Part shown: positions 24,617-33,250 of the stretch, in pieces
Layout of the letters: each line of letters begins with the position of its first letter
Numbering within the stretch: the stretch's first letter is position 1
Assembly: GCA_035276475.1 (NCBI GenBank)
Contig: DATELQ010000052.1
Coordinates: 67 to 64,066 of the forward strand
Direction: 5' to 3'
From: Thermoanaerobaculia bacterium
Lineage (GTDB): Bacteria; Acidobacteriota; Thermoanaerobaculia; Gp7-AA8
Length of the DNA: 64,000 bases
Translations under genes and position numbers: made by a program
Notes under the pieces: model-generated
What the model was told of the DNA's origin: nothing
What the model saw: only the letters and a program-made list of their open reading frames with translations
Database searches by the model: none

Positions 24617-26161
24617 GTGAACGTCTTTCGCAAATGGGGCGAGCTGATGGTCCTCTCGCTCGCCCTGGCCATCATCATCATCGACTCCACGCTCCTCAAC
24701 GTCTCCCTCTCGACGCTGATCCGCGACCTCAACACGACCCTCCAGAAACTGCAGTGGGTGATCTCCGCGTACTCGCTGATCCTGGCCGCGCTCACCGTCA
24801 CGGGCGGGCGGATGGGCGATCTCTTTGGCCGCAAGCGGATGTTCATGACCGGCGCGGTCATCTTCGTCGTCGGCGCAGTCATCGCCTCCGTCAGCCACTC
24901 CTTCACCGTCCTCCTCCTCGGCGAGTCGATCGTCGAAGGCATCGGCGCCGCGCTGATGATGCCCTCGACCGCGGCGCTCCTCGTGGCCAAGTACCGCGGC
25001 CACGACCGCGCCGTCGCCTTCGGGATCTGGGGCGGCGTCGCCGCGGCCGCATCGGCGATCGGCCCGATCCTCGGCGGATTCCTCACGACGCACTACAGCT
25101 GGCGCTGGGGCTTCCGCATCAACGTCATCGTCGTGGCCGTGCTGCTCATCGGCTCGCGTCTCATCGACGACGCGCGCGACGAGCGCGAGAAATCGATCGA
25201 CTGGATCGGCGTTCTCCTCTCCTCCGTCGGCCTCTTCCTCGTCGTCTTCGGCATCATCGAGTCGGAGAGCTACGGCTGGCTGCGCGCGCGCAAGCCCTTC
25301 CCGCTCTGGCAGGCCGGCTCGATCTCCATCGCGCCGATCGCGCTCCTCGCCGGCGTCGCCGTCGTGGCCATCTTCTGCCTCTGGGAGTGGCGGATGGAGG
25401 CGCGCGGCGGCACGCCCATCGTGTCGATGCAGCTCTTCCGGAATACTGAGTTCGTTGCCGGCGCGGGCGTGATCGGCATCCTGATGCTCGCGCAGAACGG
25501 CGTCATCTTCTCGCTGCCGGTCTTCCTGCAGTCAGTGAAGCGCCTCGACGCCCTGCACACCGGCCTCACGCTCTTTCCGATGTCGCTCATGCTCCTCATC
25601 GTCTCGCCGCTCGCGGCGAAGTTCAGCAAGCGCATCGCCCACAAGCGGCTCGTACAGACGGGGCTCGTGCTCAACACCATCGCCATCGTCGTGCTGCGCT
25701 TCACCTTGAACTGGCCTGCTCCCGCGCTGGCGCTTTACGGCATCGGCCTGGGACTCGTGCTCTCGCAGATCAACAACCTGACTCTCTCCGCGGTGCCGGT
25801 GCGCGACGCCGGCGAAGCCTCGGGCGTTGCGAACACCTTCCGCCAGGTCGGCATCGCCTTCGGCGCGGCGACGATCGGCGCAGTGATGATCTCCACGATC
25901 CTCGTCCGGCTCGACGCCGCCGTCCCGCCGCAATCGAAGCCGGCGGTCGCGAAGATCCTCAACGCCAACGCCGCGGAGCTGGCGTTCGGCGAGAGCAGTG
26001 CGCTCAAGGAGCTGCCGCCGGCGGTCGTGAAACTGCGCCCTGCCGCCACGACGGTCGGCATCGAGCGCGCGCTGCTCTGGTGCGCTCTCTTCGCGCTCGT
26101 CGGCCTGGCCGTCTCAGCGTTCCTTCCGCTGCGGCCGCAAGGAGATAATCGCGCTTCATGA
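24617..26161 (+). CDS. MFS transporter, DHA2 (14-TM drug:H+ antiporter) family
   Basis: MFS motif 'GRMGDLFGRKRMF' is present. About 14 hydrophobic segments and a 514-aa length are typical of EmrB/QacA-type transporters. Confidence 0.85.
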   Translation: MNVFRKWGELMVLSLALAIIIIDSTLLNVSLSTLIRDLNTTLQKLQWVISAYSLILAALTVTGGRMGDLFGRKRMFMTGAVIFVVGAVIASVSHSFTVLLLGESIVEGIGAALMMPSTAALLVAKYRGHDRAVAFGIWGGVAAAASAIGPILGGFLTTHYSWRWGFRINVIVVAVLLIGSRLIDDARDEREKSIDWIGVLLSSVGLFLVVFGIIESESYGWLRARKPFPLWQAGSISIAPIALLAGVAVVAIFCLWEWRMEARGGTPIVSMQLFRNTEFVAGAGVIGILMLAQNGVIFSLPVFLQSVKRLDALHTGLTLFPMSLMLLIVSPLAAKFSKRIAHKRLVQTGLVLNTIAIVVLRFTLNWPAPALALYGIGLGLVLSQINNLTLSAVPVRDAGEASGVANTFRQVGIAFGAATIGAVMISTILVRLDAAVPPQSKPAVAKILNANAAELAFGESSALKELPPAVVKLRPAATTVGIERALLWCALFALVGLAVSAFLPLRPQGDNRAS

Positions 26162-26907
26162 AAACGATCGTGATCACCGGCGCGAGCGCTGGCATCGGCG
26201 CGGCCATGGCCCGGCGCCTGGCGCGCGACGGCAACCAGCTCGCTCTCGGTGCGCGGCGCGCCGAGGCGCTGCGCGCGGTCGTCGGAGAGATCGAGGCGGC
26301 GGCGATTACGGTGGTCGCCGACGTCACCCGCCGCGCCGACGTCGAGCGCCTCCGCGACGAAGCGATTCGCGCCTTCGGCAGCGTCGACGTCTGGATCAAC
26401 AACGCCGGCCGCGGCATCACCCGCTCGGTCCTCGAGCTGACCGACGCCGACGTCGACGAGATGATGTCGGTCAACCTCAAGTCGGCGCTCTACGGCATGC
26501 AGGCGATCGTCCCCTATTTCGTGAAGCGCGGGAGTGGACATCTCATCAACATCTCGTCGTTCCTGGCGCGCGTGCCGATCGCCGCGCACCGCTCGGCATA
26601 CAACGCGGCGAAGGCGGCGCTGAATGCGCTGACGTCGAACGTGCGCGCCGACGTCGCCGGCAGCGGCGTGGAGATCTCGACGGTGATGCCCGGCCTCGTC
26701 TCGACCGACTTCGCCAAGAACGTCCTCGGCACCGCGAGCACGACGCCGCCGCCGTGGACGCCGAACGCGGCGATGAAGCCGCAGACGGCCGACGAAGTGG
26801 CGGACGCGGTGGCGGAGCTGATCGAGCATCCGCGCGCGGAGATCTACACGAACCCGGCGAGCCGCGAGATGGCCCGCCGCTGGTTCGAAGGCCTCGAGGC
26901 GATTTGA
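26158..26907 (+). CDS. SDR-family short-chain dehydrogenase/reductase
   Basis: Cofactor motif 'TGASAGIG' and the catalytic 'SAYNAAKAA' (YxxxK) are both present. Confidence 0.85.
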   Translation: MKTIVITGASAGIGAAMARRLARDGNQLALGARRAEALRAVVGEIEAAAITVVADVTRRADVERLRDEAIRAFGSVDVWINNAGRGITRSVLELTDADVDEMMSVNLKSALYGMQAIVPYFVKRGSGHLINISSFLARVPIAAHRSAYNAAKAALNALTSNVRADVAGSGVEISTVMPGLVSTDFAKNVLGTASTTPPPWTPNAAMKPQTADEVADAVAELIEHPRAEIYTNPASREMARRWFEGLEAI

Positions 26908-27728
26908 TGCACCCCAGCAGTCCGCAGCAGAAGGAGATGTCGGACGAGTCGATGGTGCGCAATCTCGCGGCGCAGGCGGAGGCGATCTGGCCGCAGGAGG
27001 AGCCGATCTTCGCGCGGCATCCGCTCCGCGACAGCGCGGTGCTCGACCTCGGCTGCGGGACGGGCGAGATCACGGCGCGGCTGGCCGAGGCGTACCCGCA
27101 CGCGACGTTCACAGGCGTCGACCTCGAGGAGCCGCACCTCATGCGCGCCCGCGAGCGCTGCGCCGCCTTCGGCGACCGCGTGCGCTTCGAGGCCGGCGAC
27201 GCGATGGCGCTGGCATTCGCGGATGCAACGTTCGACTACGTCGTCTGCCGTCACGTGATCCAGGCCGTGCCCAATCCGGCGCGAGTGCTCGCGGAGATTC
27301 ACCGCGTGCTCCGCCCCGGCGGCCGCGTGCATCTCATCGCCGAGGATTACGGGATGCTGTGGTGCCACCCGACGGCGCTCGACGCCGACGATTTCTGGCA
27401 GCGCATCCCCTGGCGGTTCGAGGCGGCGGTCGGCTGCGACCTCCACGTCGGCCGCCACACGTTCACGCTGCTCCACGACCTCGGCATGGAGGACATCCGC
27501 GCCGACTACATCGTGGTCGACACGCTGCGCGTGCCCCGCGACACGTTCGCCCGCATCTGGGAAGCCTGGCGCGACGGCTATACCGACTCGATGGTCGAGC
27601 GCTGCGCCGTTTCGCGCGAAGAGGTCGAGCAACGCTGGCGGGAGATGATCGATTGCGTGCGCGACCCGCGCGGATACGCGCTGTGGCAGGTGCCGGTGTG
27701 GACGGGGCGGAAGGGGGCGGCGCGTTAA
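26907..27728 (+). CDS. class I SAM-dependent methyltransferase
   Basis: ATG overlaps the SDR stop. Motif I is 'VLDLGCGTGEIT'. Motif post-I/II is 'VDLEE...AGDAMAL' and motif III 'LRPGGRV'. Confidence 0.8.
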   Translation: MHPSSPQQKEMSDESMVRNLAAQAEAIWPQEEPIFARHPLRDSAVLDLGCGTGEITARLAEAYPHATFTGVDLEEPHLMRARERCAAFGDRVRFEAGDAMALAFADATFDYVVCRHVIQAVPNPARVLAEIHRVLRPGGRVHLIAEDYGMLWCHPTALDADDFWQRIPWRFEAAVGCDLHVGRHTFTLLHDLGMEDIRADYIVVDTLRVPRDTFARIWEAWRDGYTDSMVERCAVSREEVEQRWREMIDCVRDPRGYALWQVPVWTGRKGAAR

Positions 27729-27732
27729 GACA

Positions 27733-27975
27733 TCACCGGATCTTCATCAAACGTCCCGACGAGAAGGGATCGAACAACTCCCCCGGCTCGATCTCCAGCG
27801 CCTTCGCGATCCGGATGATGTTCACCAGCGCTACGTTACGCTCAGCGCGCTCGATCTGACCGATGTAGTTGCGATCCAGGCCCGCCAGCTCGGCGAGGCG
27901 CTCCTGAGAGAGACCGTGCTCCGTCCGTACCTCACGAAGGCGATCGCCGAAGAGACGGAGGATCTCGTCGCGCAT
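27733..27975 (-). CDS. XRE-family HTH transcriptional regulator
   Basis: 'GLSQERLAELAGLDRNYIGQIERAERNVALVNIIRIAKAL' is a Cro/C1-type HTH. The start is taken at the internal Met (MRDEILRL). Confidence 0.7.
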   Translation of the reverse strand: MRDEILRLFGDRLREVRTEHGLSQERLAELAGLDRNYIGQIERAERNVALVNIIRIAKALEIEPGELFDPFSSGRLMKIR

Positions 27976-28061
27976 TCGTAATGCATTTGGACTTGCGCGT
28001 GAGAAAGTCTCCACCTACTATGAGTATCAACGCCGCCTGGAAGCCACGCAAAGGAGTCTGC

Positions 28062-28517
28062 ATGTCCGTCAGCCCAGCCAACATTCGCCGTCTCTTCCTC
28101 GAGCAACAGCCGTCGTACTCGGCGTCCGAAGCCGCTGACCTCTTCGGCATGACCGAACGCGAGCTTCACGCGTGGATCGAGGCAGGGGAATTGGAGGGGG
28201 AGCGGGCAAACGACGGAATGAGGCTCCCGTGGGCGGAGCTCGTCTCCTTCGCGATGGGTTTTTGGGACCAGGAGGAGATCGAAGCGGCCCTCGGGGATGA
28301 TCTTGCGACCACCATTCCCGAACTGTTGCGCCTCGCCGAGCTTCATGTGCGCATTCCGCGCATCGAGGTCGTCGCGCTCGAGCACGTGGCGGCGCGCGAG
28401 GGGAAAACGGTCAGCGGCGTGCTCGGGCGGGAGCTGCTCGACTTCGTTTCCGTACACTCGGAGTGGCTTTCGCGCGACGTCCATGGCTTCGCCGACGCCC
28501 TCGCATGGCCAAGCTGA
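28062..28517 (+). CDS. hypothetical protein with N-terminal excisionase/MerR-like HTH
   Basis: ATG is preceded by 'aaaggag'. 'YSASEAADLFGMTERELHAWIEAGEL' resembles an excisionase-type HTH. It is divergent from the XRE regulator and lies immediately upstream of the 21-bp repeat array. Confidence 0.45.
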   Translation: MSVSPANIRRLFLEQQPSYSASEAADLFGMTERELHAWIEAGELEGERANDGMRLPWAELVSFAMGFWDQEEIEAALGDDLATTIPELLRLAELHVRIPRIEVVALEHVAAREGKTVSGVLGRELLDFVSVHSEWLSRDVHGFADALAWPS

Positions 28518-28548
28518 GGCTAGCGATCGGATGAATCCCATCCCGGAA

Positions 28549-28737
28549 CACTTAAAAGTGCTCCGGCGGCACATAAATCTTATCCCGGGTCAGATTTATG
28601 TGATCGCCGAGCATTTAAATGTGCTCCCGGAACACAAAAAAGTGATCCGCCGGCACATAAATCCGAGAGCGGATCACATTTATGTGCCGCGGGATCACTT
28701 AAATGTGATCCATGGACACTTAAAAGTGATCCCACCA
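28549..28737. repeat. array of nine exactly phased 21-bp units, each with an AT-rich 12-bp core CAC-W6-GTG (half-sites in units 2+3 and 6+7) separated by 9-bp GC-rich spacers
   Basis: The cores start at 28549, 28570, 28591, 28612, 28633, 28654, 28675, 28696 and 28717. They read cacttaaaagtg, cacataaat, atttatgtg, catttaaatgtg, cacaaaaaagtg, cacataaat, cacatttatgtg, cacttaaatgtg and cacttaaaagtg. Units 2+3 and 6+7 form extended palindromes (cacataaat ... atttatgtg). The in-frame translation gives a 7-aa periodic peptide but uses tta, ata, aaa and aat codons that are implausible in this GC-rich genome. Confidence 0.85.
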
Positions 28738-28747
28738 TCACATACGG

Positions 28748-29188
28748 CTACTTCTGCCGCAGCGCCGCCCACCCCGCGATCGGCGTCGCCACCAGCCACG
28801 TCGCCAGCAGGAGCAGCCACGGCGTGCTGAGCTGGATCGTTGCCACTGCGTGCCGCACCCCCGCCGCAACGTCGGCGCCGAGGAGGGAAATCGCCAGTGC
28901 CAAGGCCACGGCCAGCGTCGCGGCCTGCCCGATCAGCAGCGACCGGCGCACGCGCGCCTCTGCCTCCTCGTGCCTCCGCACCTGCAGGCGCCACCACATC
29001 GCCGCGGCGCTCGGTACCGCCGCCTCGGCGATCGCATCGAGGCGCTCGTCGAGCAGTGCGCCCGCTACGAGACGCAACTCGCTGCAGTCGGCGCACGATT
29101 CCACGTGCGTCTCCAGCTCCGGCCCGACGAAGCGGCGGCCGAGCGCGTCGAGGAGCTCGTCGGCGCGAGGGCAGGAAATCGCGGTCAT
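28748..29188 (-). CDS. anti-sigma factor (zf-HC2, membrane-spanning)
   Basis: 'ETHVESCADCSELRL' is an H-x3-C-x2-C zinc motif. Two C-terminal TM helices are present. The gene overlaps the upstream ECF sigma gene by 4 bp. Confidence 0.7.
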   Translation of the reverse strand: MTAISCPRADELLDALGRRFVGPELETHVESCADCSELRLVAGALLDERLDAIAEAAVPSAAAMWWRLQVRRHEEAEARVRRSLLIGQAATLAVALALAISLLGADVAAGVRHAVATIQLSTPWLLLLATWLVATPIAGWAALRQK

Positions 29189-29754
29189 GCCGTCCTCCCC
29201 GTCAGAATCGCGGCGAGCTTCTTTCTCGCCCGGAACAGCAGCGTACGAATGCTGATCGAGCGCAACCCGAGAATCCCGGCGATCTCGTCGTGGGAAACGC
29301 CCTGCGCGTATGCGAGCCAGAGCAACTCGCGCTGCATCGGCTCGAGCTGCTGAATCGCGCGCTTCACGTCCGTCCGCATCGCCACCTGATGCTCGGGATT
29401 CGGCGCCGGCGACGCCTCGTCCGCGAGCGGCACCTCACCGTAGCGCTTGCCGCGGCGCGCCGCGTCGCGCAGCACATTCGTAGCGATCTGGAACAGCGAA
29501 TTGCGCCGGTGCGACTCGCTCTCGTACTGCTTCCCGGCGCGGTAGAAGCGGTAGTACGCCTCCTGGAGAAAATCGTCGGCTTTCTGCGGATCGCCGGACG
29601 TCCGCGACAGGTACGCCCACAGCGACCGCGCCGTGCGCTCGTAGAACGCGCGGAACTCCTCCTCGTCCATCACCGAGAGCGCACGGTCGGCGTCGCGGCT
29701 CTCGGGGATGGACATGTCGCGGATCATCAGCGGAAAACTCATCTCGTCGATCAT
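29185..29754 (-). CDS. ECF (sigma-70 family, group 4) RNA polymerase sigma factor
   Basis: Sigma region 2 is 'FLQEAYYRFYRAGKQYESESHRRNSLFQIATNV'. Region 4 is 'LLWLAYAQGVSHDEIAGILGLRSISIRTLLFRARKKL'. Confidence 0.85.
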   Translation of the reverse strand: MIDEMSFPLMIRDMSIPESRDADRALSVMDEEEFRAFYERTARSLWAYLSRTSGDPQKADDFLQEAYYRFYRAGKQYESESHRRNSLFQIATNVLRDAARRGKRYGEVPLADEASPAPNPEHQVAMRTDVKRAIQQLEPMQRELLWLAYAQGVSHDEIAGILGLRSISIRTLLFRARKKLAAILTGRTA

Positions 29755-30599
29755 CGCACCAGTTCCGCCTCGTCAGGGAGAGGTTTTGCGCCGAGGCGGC
29801 GGGACAGCGCCGCCGACACGATCGCGGAGAGGATGAAGCCGCCGCCGATGCACGCCGCGATCGTCCCCATGGCGAAGAACCCCTGCGCCGTCTCGCGGTC
29901 GAAGCGTCCGCTGACGAGGAGCATGCCGAGGCCGCCGGCGGCGACGATCAGCCCAATCTGGATCGACCACAGCACCCGCGTCATCGGCGCGCTCGCGCCG
30001 GCCGATTCGACGTGAAGCGGGATCGGCGCGGACTCGAGGAACTTCGACCCCGCGGGCGTCTTGACGTACGCGAGGAGCTCCTCGGTCGAGCCGAAGCGGT
30101 CGAGGATCTTGTTGTGCACCTCCGCCTGCGTCCGCGACAGCCGCGACCACCGCCGCTGCTCGATCAGCGTGCGGACGAGCCACGTCAGAATGAAGGCAAT
30201 GAGGGTGATGACGAAGCCGACGCCGATCGCCTCGACGGCCTCCTGCCATGCACTGCGCTGCCGCCCGTACAGCGGGTTCGGGAGCTCCTGCACGAAGTAA
30301 TGCGGGTTGCGGCGGATCTCGGGATGCGCGGCGACGTACTGCGCGAGCTCGGGGTAGCGGGCCAGAAACGGATCGTTCGACAACAGTGTCGGATCGATGG
30401 TCACGAGTGGCGCGACCTCGGACGGATGCTGGCTGAGCAGCCGGGTGAACTGTTCCCGAACCTGCTGCCGCGTTTGCGCCTCTTCAATCGGCGGCACGGG
30501 CGCAGGGGCAGCCGTCGTGGTGGCCGGTTGCGCCGAAACTCCGCCGGCGAGCGCGGCCATCAGCGTCAGGATCAGGATCATTCGGGTCGAGAGGGTCAT
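29751..30599 (-). CDS. hypothetical secreted/membrane protein, first gene of the ECF sigma operon
   Basis: It has a signal peptide (MILILTLMAALAGGVSAQP) and two predicted TM helices, and overlaps the sigma gene by 4 bp. Confidence 0.5.
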   Translation of the reverse strand: MTLSTRMILILTLMAALAGGVSAQPATTTAAPAPVPPIEEAQTRQQVREQFTRLLSQHPSEVAPLVTIDPTLLSNDPFLARYPELAQYVAAHPEIRRNPHYFVQELPNPLYGRQRSAWQEAVEAIGVGFVITLIAFILTWLVRTLIEQRRWSRLSRTQAEVHNKILDRFGSTEELLAYVKTPAGSKFLESAPIPLHVESAGASAPMTRVLWSIQIGLIVAAGGLGMLLVSGRFDRETAQGFFAMGTIAACIGGGFILSAIVSAALSRRLGAKPLPDEAELVR

Positions 30600-30680
30600 G
30601 GCTGGTTCGATCTCCTTCGCCCCCTAATACGAGCGGGAAAGGCTGAGGTGGACAGCGATTTGTGAGACCATCCGCGCCCA

Positions 30681-32120
30681 ATGCCTTTTTCGATCTTCGG
30701 ACTTCACCCTGATCTTCTTCGCGGCGTCAAAGAGCTGGGCTTCACGCGGCCGACGCCGATTCAGAGCGACGCCATCCCGCCGGCCATGGCCGGGCGCGAC
30801 GTTTTGGCGGCGGCGCAGACCGGCAGCGGCAAGACCGCGGCCTTTCTCCTGCCGATCCTCCAGCGTCTCCTCGGCAAGAAGCGCGGCACGACGCGGGCGC
30901 TGATCCTCACGCCGACGCGCGAGCTCGCCGCGCAGATCGACGAGCACCTCCGCGACCTCTCCGTGCACACGCCCATCTCCGGCGCCGCGGTCTACGGCGG
31001 CGTGGCCATGGGGCCGCAGGAGCACGCCTTCCGCAGCGGCGTCGACGTCCTCGTGGCCACGCCCGGCCGGCTGCTTGACCATTTCCAGCATCCGTACGCG
31101 CGGCTCGACGGCCTCGAAGTCCTCGTCCTCGACGAAGCGGACCGCATGCTCGACATGGGCTTCCTCCCCGACATCCGCCGCGTGCTGCGGCACCTGCCGG
31201 CGAAGCGGCAGACGCTCTTTTTCTCCGCCACGATGCCGGCGCCGATCGTCGAGCTCTCGCGCGAGATGCTGCGCAACCCGGCCATGATCTCGATCGAGCG
31301 GAAAGCGGCGCCGGCGGCCGGCATCGCCCAGTCGGTCTTTCCCGTCGCCCAGGAGCTGAAGTTGTTGTTGCTCGACACGCTGCTGCAGCGCGGCGAGATC
31401 CAGAACGCCATCGTCTTCACGCGCACGAAGCACCGCGCCAACCGCGTCTTCGAGCAACTGGAGCGGCGGCGCGTGAAGGTGGCGCGCATCCATGGCAACC
31501 GCAGCCAAATGCAGCGAACCGAGGCGCTGGCGGGATTCAAGTCGGGGAAGTACCGGATCCTCGTCGCCACCGACATCGCCGCGCGCGGGATCGACGTGGA
31601 GGCGCTCTCGCACGTCGTCAACTTCGACGTGCCGAACGTGCCGGACGACTACATCCACCGCGTCGGCCGCACGGCGCGCGCGGAGCTGACCGGCGACGCC
31701 ATCACGTTCGTGGCGCCGGACGAGGAAAACGACCTCCGCGCCATCGAGCGCGCCATTGGCAAGCGCCTTCCGCGCGTGACGGTGCCCGACTTCGACTACG
31801 CACAGAGACCGGCGGAGCGGCTGGAGATTCCGATCCAGGAGCGCATCGCGGCAATCCGCGCGAAGAAGGCGGAGGAGCGCGCCCGGGCGAAGGCGAAGGC
31901 GGAGCGGCGCGCGGCGGCAGAGAGCGCGACGGCGAACGCGCGCCATCGATCCCCGCGTGATGGCAGGATCACACGGCCCGGATCGGCACGACCGTCAACG
32001 TCAGCTTCTCCGTCCGCCGGATCACCGTCAGCGTCGCCGGCTTCCCGATTTCCTCCTCGGTCAGCAGGCGGTGGAGATCGTCGACCGTCGCAACCGCCCT
32101 CGCGCCGAAGGCGACGATGA
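30681..32120 (+). CDS. rhlE: DEAD-box ATP-dependent RNA helicase (RhlE-like)
   Basis: The Q motif and 'AQTGSGKTAAF' (motif I), 'DEAD' in 'LVLDEADRMLDMGF', 'SAT' and 'HRVGRTAR' are present. A C-terminal Arg/Gly/Ser-rich tail follows, and its last about 150 bp overlap the convergent htrA-like gene. Confidence 0.9.
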   Translation: MPFSIFGLHPDLLRGVKELGFTRPTPIQSDAIPPAMAGRDVLAAAQTGSGKTAAFLLPILQRLLGKKRGTTRALILTPTRELAAQIDEHLRDLSVHTPISGAAVYGGVAMGPQEHAFRSGVDVLVATPGRLLDHFQHPYARLDGLEVLVLDEADRMLDMGFLPDIRRVLRHLPAKRQTLFFSATMPAPIVELSREMLRNPAMISIERKAAPAAGIAQSVFPVAQELKLLLLDTLLQRGEIQNAIVFTRTKHRANRVFEQLERRRVKVARIHGNRSQMQRTEALAGFKSGKYRILVATDIAARGIDVEALSHVVNFDVPNVPDDYIHRVGRTARAELTGDAITFVAPDEENDLRAIERAIGKRLPRVTVPDFDYAQRPAERLEIPIQERIAAIRAKKAEERARAKAKAERRAAAESATANARHRSPRDGRITRPGSARPSTSASPSAGSPSASPASRFPPRSAGGGDRRPSQPPSRRRRR

Positions 32121-32892
32121 CGTCCGCTTCCTGCAGCCCCGCAGCCTCGGCGGGGCTCTGCGGCTCGACGCTCAGCACGAGCACGCCGCTCTCCGCAGCG
32201 AGGTCGTAGAAACGGACGACGCGGCGGTGCAGCGGCGCGGACTGGCCAGCCACGCCGATGTAGCTGCGCGTCACGCGGCCGTCGCGGATCAGGCGCGAGG
32301 CGACGAACTTCGCGGTGTTGATGGCGATGGCAAAGCAGATGCCCTGCGCCGGGCGGATGACCGCCGTGTTCACGCCGATCACCTCGCCGCGCGCGTTCAC
32401 GAGCGGCCCGCCGGAGTTGCCGGGATTGAGCGCCGCGTCGGTCTGGATGACGCTGTCGATGAGGCGCCCGCTCTGCGCGCGCATCGTGCGGCCGAGGGCA
32501 CTGACGACGCCGGCCGTGACCGTGGCTTGGAAGCCGAGCGGGTTGCCGACGGCGACGACGAGCTGCCCGGGCTTGATGCGATCGGAGTCGCCGAGCTGCG
32601 CCGGCGTCTGGTTCGGCGCGGAGACGCGCAGCACGGCGAGGTCGGTGTGTGGGTCGTTGCCGACCACGCTCGCCGCGCAACGCGTGCCGTCGTACAGCGT
32701 GACGTCGATCGAGGAGGCGCCGGTGACGACGTGGCTGTTCGTCAGAATGAAGCCGTCGGGCGTGAAGAGGAATCCGGAGCCGCCGCCGCGCGGCTTCCCC
32801 TCCGCCGAGACTTCGACGTTGACGACGGAGGGGGTGATCGTCTCCGCGGCGGTGGTGACGGCGGCGGAGTAGGCATCGAGAAGGTCGAGCAT
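31969..32892 (-). CDS. trypsin-like serine protease with PDZ domain (HtrA/DegP family)
   Basis: Catalytic-triad context is 'TNSHVV' (His), 'DLAVL' (Asp) and 'GNSGGPLV' (Ser). A C-terminal PDZ-like region is present. No obvious signal peptide. Confidence 0.85.
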   Translation of the reverse strand: MLDLLDAYSAAVTTAAETITPSVVNVEVSAEGKPRGGGSGFLFTPDGFILTNSHVVTGASSIDVTLYDGTRCAASVVGNDPHTDLAVLRVSAPNQTPAQLGDSDRIKPGQLVVAVGNPLGFQATVTAGVVSALGRTMRAQSGRLIDSVIQTDAALNPGNSGGPLVNARGEVIGVNTAVIRPAQGICFAIAINTAKFVASRLIRDGRVTRSYIGVAGQSAPLHRRVVRFYDLAAESGVLVLSVEPQSPAEAAGLQEADVIVAFGARAVATVDDLHRLLTEEEIGKPATLTVIRRTEKLTLTVVPIRAV

Positions 32893-32926
32893 CCGCTAAG
32901 GAAAACAAACGTGCATTCCCGGCGGG

Positions 32927-33250
32927 TCACTTCACCCGATACCCCAGCCTCCCCAACTCCGCCACCACCCTCGCCGCGTGGTCCCCCTGAATCTCGATCT
33001 CCCCATCCCTCGCGCTCCCGCCCGCCCCGCACTTCTTCTTCAGCGCTGCGGCCAGCGACGCGAGCGTCTCGGGCGTGTGCTGGAAGCCGCTCGCCACCGT
33101 CACGGTCTTGCCGGCGCGGCGCTTGCGGTCGAGCGTCACGCGGATGTTCTGCTTCGACGGCTCGACGTCGTGCGGCGCGTCGAGCTTGCCCGAGTCGCGC
33201 AGGCGCTTCGCCTCCTCGGGATCCGACGTCCAGACCAGCTTCGACGTCAC
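32927..33250 (-). CDS. yciH: translation initiation factor SUI1/YciH family
   Basis: The SUI1 core 'IRVTLDRKRRAGKTVTVASGF' and 'IEIQGDHAARVVAELGRLGYRV' are present. Confidence 0.8.
   Translation of the reverse strand: MTSKLVWTSDPEEAKRLRDSGKLDAPHDVEPSKQNIRVTLDRKRRAGKTVTVASGFQHTPETLASLAAALKKKCGAGGSARDGEIEIQGDHAARVVAELGRLGYRVK

Noticed and set aside
23141-25093. 650-aa minus-strand ORF and 644-aa plus-strand alternative frame across the LMF-like and MFS genes
   Set aside because: They overlap two genes with clear membrane-protein signatures in another frame or strand, and their composition is artefactual.
28531-28830. Small ORF translating the 21-bp repeat array into a heptad-periodic peptide (EHLKVLR RHINLIP GQIYVIA ...)
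   Set aside because: Its codon usage (tta, ata, aaa, aat, tat, att) is wildly atypical for this about 70% GC genome. The periodicity is better explained at the DNA level as palindromic sites on a 21-bp phase. The frame runs on without a stop into the 3' end of the opposite-strand anti-sigma gene.
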